Source: a virus
Taxonomy: Duplodnaviria; Caudoviricetes
Length of the DNA: 64,000 nucleotides
IMG/VR virus record: IMGVR_UViG_3300014204_000141
Coordinates: 29,553 to 93,552 of that record
Strand: one strand, 5' to 3'
The notes below the pieces were generated by a model. That model ran no database searches. It was not told the DNA's origin and saw only the letters and a program-made list of their open reading frames with translations. Positions 10,601 to 19,800 of this stretch are shown piece after piece. How positions within the stretch are numbered: position 1 is the first letter of the stretch; each line of letters opens with the position of its first letter. A program made the position numbers and the translations under genes.

Positions 10601-13600
10601 AGAAATGTATTTACTGAAAATGGTTTGACCATGGGCCGAGCGATGCGTATGGATCAAGGGTATATTAATAATAATGGTGATATTTTGAGTTTGAGAAGCA
10701 TCAAGAATGACATCAGAGAACGAATAAAAATGTTGGTTGATATTTACAGTAAAGACAAAGCCACACCAAGAAAAGAAGGTGTTAATTATTTGGCGCGTTG
10801 GATTGGCGATGTCACGACTCTACCTGATAAATTATCAACTTTAATTCAAAAATTAAATGGTATTGAAAACGGCAGTTACTCCGAACAGAGAAAGGTAATT
10901 GATGAAGTTTTACAATTTTTTGATCCCATTCCATCGTTTTTAGAAAAAACAAACTATGGATGGGGTATAGCTACAAAACAAAAGATGTTAATTCAACCCG
11001 CGACTATGGAAGATACTGTAATAAACAATTGGGGTTATAAACGATTTAGTTTCAACACATTTGAAACACTGCGTTTATATGAAGGTGGTAGTGCTGTAGA
11101 TGAGTACATGCACAATAAACTCTACAAAAACAATGAACAATTATTTGGCCGTATTATCAGGCAAAATAAAATATTCAGTCTTAGTACCGAAATAATGGAA
11201 GTTGAAGCTGCCAAAAACAGAAATATTTTGAATTTGCGGAAAGTCATGCAATCTCAGGACTTAGTTAGATCAAAAATAGACAGGTTGTTGGATGCTATGA
11301 TCAATCCCAAAATCCAAGAAAAATATGATGAGTTGATTAAACGTGGTGCCGTACTTGTAGAAAAACGTGGTCTTGCGCACGTTGCTATCAAACCCCGAGA
11401 TATAGATAAATACAAAGAAGAGGGTTGGACTGTCAAAGAACTGACTATGACAAATATGCCCGATACAGAAAAATTGAAATTAGCGAGAATTATTCCAAAT
11501 GAGTATGCTGAATTTTTTATAAAAAATCCAATATCGGGATGGATTGGGGTTGATAAGAATGTAGATGTTGCCGACATTTCTGGTAAAATGCAGAAACTGC
11601 GTACTCTTTTTATGGAAGGCGGTGATATTATTCCCGTTGAGGGCACTAAAGGACGTTTGGCATTTATTGGAGACGGTTCTACAGCAATATTGAATTTGAT
11701 GAATAAGATTCGGGCAAGTATTGAACCAACGACAAGAGAATGGGTAATCGCGCATGAAAGAATGATGAAATCTGCGGGTGATATTGCGCCAGCATCGCGA
11801 TACATCACCGCACCCGGTATGAGTTTAACTCTTAGACCTGGGGCTGCATATTTAGGCGGAAAGACATTTAACCCATCAACTACTACTATGGCTTTGGAAA
11901 TGTTGGTAAGTAATGAAGGTTTTGCTTCTGCTAAAAACTTAATTAGAGATGAATTTTGGAGTATGAGTCCAGAACAACAAAAAACATTTTTGGATAGTAA
12001 ATACAAGTATGCTATGGATCATTTCAATTTTACCAAAACCGAACAAAATTTATTACCAAATCAACAAAAATTGACAATGCACCCTCTTATAGAATCTATA
12101 GATCGATTAAAACAAAATGAATTTATAAATGACATGCGCATTTTAAAACGCGAACTTAATTCTGGTCACATTGATAGTGCTTTTGACATGTATTTATCTA
12201 ATGTTGAAAAAGGATTTTTGTCAGTGTCAGCTTTGGGAAGTAAATCTCCTCACTCTGAAAAAACAGGCGCTGTTTTTGGTGAGTTGTTTTTTAGAGAAGG
12301 TGTATCTAAAGGAACAGTTGCTATATCTCCATATCTTAGATATGCGTTTAAAAAAGACTTCGATTCTGATGAACTGCAAATAATTTTAGGGCAAGAAATG
12401 GGTTTAAAAGCAACGAAAATAAACGAAATAGGTATGTATCATAAGACACCCTATCTCTTGCTTGCTAATGAATTAGAAACATTTGCTAATCCTGAAGCTA
12501 AAGCAGCGTTGAAAAAAGGTGAAGTTTTTGTTTATAATACAAAAAAACGGACTTTTGAGTTTATGAAGGCCTCAACCTACACCGGAAGCCTTAGTGAATA
12601 TGCCGTAGAAATGCCCGATGCTATGGAAATGGCTAGACGTGCTTTTGGTATTAAAGAAGGCGCACCCAAAGCACATAAAGTATCACGAACTGTTTATGCT
12701 GAGATGGGATTAGAATATGAAAGACTTCGCACCAAACACCCTAAACTCGATGATGCTTTAAGAAGTAGTGAAGATGAGTTAACAAAACAAATTTTATTGG
12801 TGACGGAATTACCACTAAAAGCAAAAAATGCTAAACAGTATTTTGATATGAGTGCTTTAGAACAAATTATTGAAAATATAACCGATGAAAAAACATATAG
12901 AAAATTAGAAAATAATATAGGTAAAGGTCAATTTCCGGGTCTAGAGTCTTGGATAGAACAAAATATAAAAGTGGAAGATCATATGTTGTTAGGTGCATGG
13001 GCTAAAGCTGGTCGTATAATACCTAATAATGGCATGATTTCTCAACTTGAATTATATAGAGGCGCTAAATTTGGTGTAAAAGAAGATAAAAATATTCGTT
13101 ATTTAACTGATTATCTTAAAAAAGAAAAATTTGCGAATTTATCTAAAAATGTATTGCAAGGCAATATACCGATTCAGGACCTACCTTCTGAGTTAGCGCG
13201 AATGTTTCAGGAAGGCGTAGAGAGTATGAAACCGCCTCGAAATAGTATGGGTTTAGCATTTAGAGAGACAATGGGTAAGAACATGGCAGAAGATGCCAGC
13301 AAATACGCCAGGGGTGGGTTGAAGGTTGTAGGGGGGTTGTTGTTAGCATCAATGTTTTTTCCCAATCAGAGCAGGTTTTTGGGTCACATGCCGGGCCGAG
13401 GCGGAGAATATTACGATTGGAGTTTTACTAAAGATGAATCAAAATGGCAACAGCAAATGGAGTCACCGCTGAATGCCGATAATGGATTTTCGCAACCCGA
13501 TACCCATATCACACTTTTTGACCCCATGGAAAGTGAAAGGCAGACGCGTGTATACGCGCGAAAAACAAAATTTTTAAGACCTGTGTATAAAAGTCAGGAT

Positions 13601-13636
13601 CGTATAGGTCATAAGTCTTCAACGTTTAACTTTTAA
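7646..13636 (+). CDS. 1996-aa protein with two-barrel (DPBB) RNA polymerase-like motifs; candidate virion RNAP or RNAP-derived virion protein
   Basis: GAGGTG RBS and GTG start. 'SKSPHSEK...AISPYLRYAFKKDFDSDELQIIL' (DFDSD aa1571-1575, nt 12356-12370) resembles beta' NRAP...HP...NADFDGD. 'TEASAIIND...GQK...VDMVAGKGIPANNPIAQ' resembles beta motifs. CDS is certain; function is inferred. Confidence 0.5.
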   Translation: MFGHKDRREEKSDVDFAVTWMSVLPAYYVASHWLRKRSPTKQTPTLKTFFPEIYQRVGERIKGAFVPKRLQTAMTVDDCFDALQRFQDEAKDKHLMALASDQEKAIKTIEKFIQVREKIGAIITPQEIRDRLAKLQETNPFAYDKICEIASYDTLTHGKVEIRDVVSKMEGQGLDVITNSLSSMTSDLKFLLDSLPMRSKLYNDYVKKKIDDPLLTFDQFLKTNPDVEEVKILNSELDKIKKDKVFFSKQPITPPNFLQTPIKDANVKNRVQLRDFLDGMFKNVNTFVDGMYGKTSNFASKMGFKTHIKTPINTVVQKINSFRADTGGRVKGKWHVKGDIMLKQGSIKTLRYTDGFSINFSIEFADKSGVSRNIDIAIPLDIDMYGRYGDKMHPDIPGVLADKCIMIEENLERIVNGHISPYAAGLKQITDTTIIGSMINKDFQKLMDRSVGQFIAVSTPERQIRFAALKANTMYKTFGERLNPGIEAIAKINNSTVLKFVKSSHSGIGTSIVTVVSEKGKWRVDKVEKYQGGGANIDRNITKDTIFITSRGQRDMFKIKEIYGKQIAAEGKNVIHLSDISKADPTSSLLNIDNTISSPLDAYVGKTSRLTKYIKTHYKKQSQIIEDFIQTANMDITDFKITTIPKDVMSFILYTQAAAQGVFSGAKTKTEIVDILDGIVINNRFSGESVHLSIGAVTPSAMGKGGRTFEAVPNINVLLPRSGQKAHALKINNFNPLFGHHDFNVSNIKKGFKLSTPYLRELKDINDMSVSINVVAGIGDTEASAIINDKIRNLQTQTPVLGTLTVDRFSLNVASDINGNTELLKNRIFKHGDVIGYDAVNRPIKNEYGLIQITDARSGPGGMELSFHVLSSPSYGLIVDTGQKLSFKRGEIGNEFVDMVAGKGIPANNPIAQSLSFLNTLNFRGGGGYLKTAIDKKANLRRYIQYEQAGGEFVFKVNDRELLKTELGGISQNMNFDRKSFFQEIRNVFTENGLTMGRAMRMDQGYINNNGDILSLRSIKNDIRERIKMLVDIYSKDKATPRKEGVNYLARWIGDVTTLPDKLSTLIQKLNGIENGSYSEQRKVIDEVLQFFDPIPSFLEKTNYGWGIATKQKMLIQPATMEDTVINNWGYKRFSFNTFETLRLYEGGSAVDEYMHNKLYKNNEQLFGRIIRQNKIFSLSTEIMEVEAAKNRNILNLRKVMQSQDLVRSKIDRLLDAMINPKIQEKYDELIKRGAVLVEKRGLAHVAIKPRDIDKYKEEGWTVKELTMTNMPDTEKLKLARIIPNEYAEFFIKNPISGWIGVDKNVDVADISGKMQKLRTLFMEGGDIIPVEGTKGRLAFIGDGSTAILNLMNKIRASIEPTTREWVIAHERMMKSAGDIAPASRYITAPGMSLTLRPGAAYLGGKTFNPSTTTMALEMLVSNEGFASAKNLIRDEFWSMSPEQQKTFLDSKYKYAMDHFNFTKTEQNLLPNQQKLTMHPLIESIDRLKQNEFINDMRILKRELNSGHIDSAFDMYLSNVEKGFLSVSALGSKSPHSEKTGAVFGELFFREGVSKGTVAISPYLRYAFKKDFDSDELQIILGQEMGLKATKINEIGMYHKTPYLLLANELETFANPEAKAALKKGEVFVYNTKKRTFEFMKASTYTGSLSEYAVEMPDAMEMARRAFGIKEGAPKAHKVSRTVYAEMGLEYERLRTKHPKLDDALRSSEDELTKQILLVTELPLKAKNAKQYFDMSALEQIIENITDEKTYRKLENNIGKGQFPGLESWIEQNIKVEDHMLLGAWAKAGRIIPNNGMISQLELYRGAKFGVKEDKNIRYLTDYLKKEKFANLSKNVLQGNIPIQDLPSELARMFQEGVESMKPPRNSMGLAFRETMGKNMAEDASKYARGGLKVVGGLLLASMFFPNQSRFLGHMPGRGGEYYDWSFTKDESKWQQQMESPLNADNGFSQPDTHITLFDPMESERQTRVYARKTKFLRPVYKSQDRIGHKSSTFNF

Positions 13637-13663
13637 CGGACTTTAAGTATATAATATAACATG
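13624..13663 (+). promoter_or_regulatory. Putative leaderless-type promoter (TATAAT 13650-13655, 5 nt before ATG)
   Basis: gtaTATAATataacATG, no SD; same geometry as three other sites. Confidence 0.5.
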
Positions 13664-13843
13664 GGATTTAATATAGTTATAAGAGTGTCATATAAAGGTG
13701 ATATTAATAATTTGTCAAAAGCTATTAAACAAATGATTGAATCCAATACTGGTGCGGGCGCACAGTTTTTGGTTTATGATCAGAGAACTAAAATGATTAA
13801 ACAAAAAAATAATACGGAAGAAATATATAGGAAGTTAAAATAA
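13661..13843 (+). CDS. Small basic hypothetical protein (60 aa)
   Basis: Fills the gap between two giant genes; stop overlaps next ATG (TAATG). Confidence 0.65.
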   Translation: MGFNIVIRVSYKGDINNLSKAIKQMIESNTGAGAQFLVYDQRTKMIKQKNNTEEIYRKLK

Positions 13844-16800
13844 TGGTTGCTAAGACAACAGTAGAAAACCCAGGTTTTGCTTTGGCGTCTGCTAATACAC
13901 TAAATACATACGCTGGTTTCATTAGTACCATGGAAGATGTTTATGTTGCTAATGGTATGGTTTCGGCTGTTAAAGGCACAACATTTTCTGTAAAACTCAG
14001 TCATCGCAATGAACCTATTAAAATTACCCTTGATGGGGTTAGTTCTGAGATTGATTTGTCATCTAAATTTGCACAATACATAGGTCAAACTGTAACTGTT
14101 TTAGTTAAAAAAGATGTGTATAAAACAGGTGTTTTATTTTTACCCGAGAGAGAGTGTATTAACGATGATGCAATAACAAAAAATGGGGCTGGACTTATAC
14201 CATCACAGAATTCACTGTTTAAAAAGGCATATTTATCAGCAAAACGGACTGAGGTAAGCACTGGAATTTCCAAATATGAGAAAGATGGATGGGTTGATGA
14301 AAGTGGTAAGTCCAAACCCGGAGCCTGCCAAATAGGGTTTTTGTGGTTATACGTCCCTCCGCAAGACATTAAGTGTATTCACGCTAATGTCAATCAAACC
14401 ATATCCACTATTAGAACACCCGGTAATCCCAAACTAAAAACCGGTCAAGAAGAGATGCGTATTGAAATGTCTCTTATTTTTCCCTCTCTTGATGATATAA
14501 ATAGAAGACTCAGACCCCTAATAGCCCAATTTATACGTTCACCGTTTCTTCCCATTGAGAATGAACATATAAGAGGATTTGCGTATCCCGATGTACAGTG
14601 GTCAATGAAGGGCTCAGGAAACACCAATTTTAATCAAAAAGAAAGAAGTGTAGATATTAACAATCCCGACAGTTTTATCAATGAGACCACAGAATATCAA
14701 AAGAAAATAAATAAAGCTGTTACCACTCAATCTAAAAATACTGAAACTAATATTGATGAAAATAGCAAAGACATGGAATTGTATAGGGAAGCCGTTAAAA
14801 CTCTTACCGAACTCAAAACTGAACTCAATGGCTATTTTAAATCAAAAAAACTCACAAATTCTATTAGTTTGTATGATAGGTTACTTATCATACCACCAAA
14901 ATTAGATGTGTGTGAAATGAGTAACAGTATTTCCGAGTATAAACTTGTAACAACAAATTTTAAAACATTTCTTAAAAATTATGGAAGTAAAACAGCAAAA
15001 GATGTAAAAAACCAAATTTTGGTATTATTAAATTGTATTTCGTCTTCACTTAGTCACTATAATGATATTTTAAAAGGTTTGAACATAAAATCAAAAAACT
15101 TCATAAAAAATATACAAACAAAAGAACAAATTAAAAACAAATATACTAAACATGCTGGTGATATGTACGCGGATAATACACTTGTAGTAGCTTTGCGTGA
15201 CCTGACGTTATCGACAATGCCAGGTTATCCTGAAGCTCTACAGTGCCATTTAGTTCTGACAATTTTTAATTATGATCCATATTCAAGGGATTTTGCATTT
15301 TTAGGGGATTTTGATAGTGTTGTTCGTCAAATTGAATGTATATCTCAGACTCGAAATATGAGGTATCCAGATTTTGAAGATAATCTCATAAAAAATGATA
15401 AACCTGTTTTAGCGCCACTAGATCAACAGGAAATGCAAATAACTCATAATATAAGTGAATGCATGCCTTTTATTGAATATGTTGCGCCATTGCTGACTGG
15501 TAAAGGTACAGACATTACATGTAACCCTAAATTTAATTTAAGAGATAAACCTTCTGCAACTATAAGTGAACGTACAATTCGTTTTGCCGCACCATCAAAT
15601 TATCTCCATTCTATTTCTCAAGCTGAAGCATTTCAGCGATTTGATTTGCGGTATGAAATGACAGAAAATAACATAGAATATCAGGCTTTACTGGATTCAA
15701 TAGTTAGTAGAACCAGTAGTGAACTCTATGCTGAGTTATTGTCACGGCTTCAACAATCATATAGTCTTACACAAGTCGGTATGGATTCATTGTTTGAATT
15801 TGTCAAGATATTTTATAGTTATTGTTCATTTCAATGGTTGAGTACACAAAAAGAAGTAATGCTAGAGGGTTTGTCAAGTAGTGATGTTAAGGTTGATTTT
15901 ATTATAAATCCTTTTTATAAGGGTATGCCAGAGACCTTTACAACTGTTGGTAAACTCTATGCGTGGTTACAAACACATGGTTACGCCGATGTTTTAGAAA
16001 GTGCAAAAACAGCTATTGAGTTACAGACACGATCTAATAGGGGTTTGCAGAACATATATAATTTTTCTATTAGAAATTCTCGCGATTTAGTTATTAACGG
16101 TATCACGGCTTCATATAGTACAAAACTTGCTACGGTTCCGGTTGTTGGATACAGAATACCAACTCTACAGTATATGGGTCGAAATGATTGGTATATTAAT
16201 ATTAACCTTCAGACATCAAATTTTTTCTTTATTCGCGCTTTTAGAAGTTTAATGGAAATTGCGGCCAGGAGCAGAATATTAAGAAACAAAACACAGAAAA
16301 TGTATTTTATCGCCGAATCCAACGCCGCAGAATTTAGTCCCGAACTTTCTGAGAATACTGTAGATCCCTCTAATGGACTTACAGCGTTTTTAGGTATAAG
16401 AAATGTTCTTTTTGATAATTGCACATACGAAACAATTAAAGATAAACCGGGTTGGTGGAATGTAAATATTACTATGGTTCAGGCAGATCTACCACTTCTA
16501 AGTTATGAAAGTCTTTTGCCTATGAATCAGTACGATGCCGGTGTCTTACAAGATATAGATTTGAATTTGAAAAAAATGACGCAGAAGTTTAGACGCAATC
16601 AAGAAGACCCGGCAACGTTTCGATATAAATATTTTTATCCCGCAATAACGTCTTTTGTGAAAGGGTATTTAAAATATGTTTTGGGTGATATCGATAGTGC
16701 CGAATCCTTGATATCGGATTTAGGCGATGGAAATCTTCTTGATAAAGTATTGGCGATGAATAATATGTCTCAGAAACGGTTTACATCATTTTTATATGGT

Positions 16801-19800
16801 GTGTTAAAAACAAAAGGTGTGATTGATAAGAATGTTGTATATAATGAAGGAAAAGATTCTATTACCACACCAGTTGGAACATTTACAAGGAATAAATTAG
16901 GTATATTTGGTAGATCTTCAACAAGACAAGATTTATCTTTTGCGCAAGATGTTATTAGGAGTATCCAACCAGTAACAGGTTTTGCGCCAGTTCCATCAAA
17001 TATTCAAAAAAGTGTAGATATTATATCAAGAATGTCTGGAGATATAAGATTACTTCACACAGGATTAGGTGTAAATGTTGAAAATGCATTTGCTATGATG
17101 TTTTCTAAATGTTTGCGCGACTTATCTGTTAAATACGTATCAATAGCGCCTACGGAGTGTTTAAAATTTTTAAAATCGTGTGGTAGTTCGTGGCGCGAAG
17201 AAAATTTGCGGCCCCAACACATGTTGCCGAGTTCAGTCAATCAAAATCAAGAAGCTATGCAATTATATAGCAATCACCCTGATTTATCTCTACCATATTC
17301 AGCTAATAATTTTTTGACTGTACCAGCAGATTTCTTTTTCCAAAAAAATATAATTCAATACGATTCCGAACAAATAAATGAGAAATTTAAATCTATAGAA
17401 ACAATGATGAATAATATTTGGAAATCTGAATTAATCGAAGGCGCGTGCATGGTTGCTAATCCCGAATATGCTAAACTTATTTCCGATTATCCTCTGACTG
17501 CAACCGGTAGTGATTATGCGAATTGGATTAAATATAAATGGATGCAATTTCCAGATCCTCGTAGTTCAACTGGCGCAAAAACATCTGGGGTAGTTTTAAA
17601 AGATGCTGCGGATAGGATTAAATTATTTAAACATGTTAAAGGTAATGTTTATATTAAAAGTGAACCCAATGTTGATTTTTTAAAAGAAAAAGTTCCGGCT
17701 GTATATAATCTATGGTATAAAAATATTCAGCATCTATCATTTGAAAGAAAAATGGAAATGTGTTCAAATTTAAGTGAATTTGCCAAACGTCAAGCCGTGA
17801 TAATGCAGGCGATGATTGTTGCTGGTGGTTATTTAAATTTGGTAGAGAGTAGAAAAAATCATATGGAAACCAATAGCACTAAAGCTATGGGTTTATCATT
17901 AGATAAATTAACACAAATTACTACGGAAAAATTTAATCAGATTTGGGCTGCTTCATATGAAACCGATAATTCACTTTTGGGTTCGGTAACGCCATGGTCA
18001 TTGGCAGTGATTGATGACGTTAAACACCGTATTAAGGAATCCTATACTAATTATTGTGCGCGAGACAATACCTTGACCATGGAACGTGCTTTTCCCACAT
18101 TTAAACTCTTTTTTATTGAAGAAGATGCACACGAATGGGGCGCATTTGATGACTACTATATGTATAATGCCGTATCCAGTGTTGATGTAATAGATTCATC
18201 TAAATCAGCTGGTGCTGTTGCTAGTATTGTCTTAAGTAACATGTCAGGCAACTTATCTGATCCCTATTCAGTCTATGCAAGAGAAACACAATTTGCTAAG
18301 GATAATGCTGGTACAATTCAATCCGTAGAACAAACACAACAGGAACAAATACTAGCCACACTTTTTTTACGTGAAGGTGTGACGATAATGATTAAAGCTG
18401 GTTATAGTTCTAATGTCGATGATCTTGATACTATATTTATGGGTAAAGTTGTATCTGTATCACCTGGTGAACAGGTTAACATAGTAGCGCATGGTTTTGG
18501 TGCGGAATTACTTGAGGTTGTTAACAAAGGTATAGAACAAAAATTAGGTTGTTCCAGTCCAGCTCGTAGTCAAGGTGATGTTGTATTATGGGCTGGCGGA
18601 ACCCTGACAGGATTAGAACATTTTGGGTTACCTAATGTGTTTGAGAAATTAGGTTTACGCGGTTCTCCACATGGTGATATTTTACTGTCTCCGCAAAAAT
18701 GGAGAAATGCGGATATTTATAAGGATATATTTCATCCTGTTTTTGATTTGTATTTTAAATTTGGTGTATTTGATCCTAGATATGAGAATATTTATCTGCC
18801 TTATACGAAAATGTCTTTAGGGTTTTGGGGTCGTTTTGTTAATGCTCTTGTACCGTATGAAAAAAATTTAACTAAAGTTGCGACGCGTGTAGCCATGGCT
18901 ATTGCTATTGTTGCTTTTTGTATATTAGTACCCGGAGTTGGTGTTGGTGTTATAACTAGCATATACGGATTAAGTTTTGCTGCAGGTTTTACGACAACCA
19001 CTCTCGCATTAACTAGTTTAAATGCATGGGTCTATGGTGTTGCCATTTTAGGTAGTTATTTGGGTATAGGTGCAATAGACGCTTTAGCAGGTGGTAATTA
19101 TGGTGAATTAGGTGCTATAACATATGATTGGCTTATAGAAAAAAATAAAACAATGTTTGATTTACTTCAGGAAATATGTTTGTATTGGGAAGATTATATA
19201 GTTACTGTATTACCATATAACCAAAATCTACCCGGACAAATGCGACAAACAATTTATGTTGGTCCTAGGAATGGTTTGTATAAATACACAGATGTTTTTG
19301 ATTCGAGTACAGATTTTTCAGATTTTATAAAACGTCTGCAACACGGAAAAAGCGCAGATCCCAGACTCGATGATAATGAAACATTACAAGAAGCATATGA
19401 TAAAAAATCTGAATTAGAAAATGATGTGGTTGCGGCTAGAACTGATTTATTAGAAGTAGAAAAGGATACTTCAATATCAAATTATGATGAACAAGTATCA
19501 AAAGCAAGAAAAGATGTTGTAGATAAAGAACGACTATATCAACTAAAAGAACAAAAACTCGCGGGTTATGATTATAAAACCGCTGATGAACAACAATATA
19601 ATATTAATAATGCTTTGGTGATGTTGGCGATAAATAATCCCGGTGATATGTATACGACATCATCATATACAGATGCAAAAGGGAAACCTCAAACTTCTGT
19701 AACAAAACAAGTTGGATATATGCCTGTCGTAAATTATCATTCGCTTACAAGTTTTAATCATATTATTGAAAACAATATCAGAGCAACATCCGAAGAACTG

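Noticed and set aside
11254-12006. 250-aa antisense ORF and the many other short antisense/nested ORFs in the track
   Set aside because: Shadows of long sense genes; no RBS or recognisable motifs.
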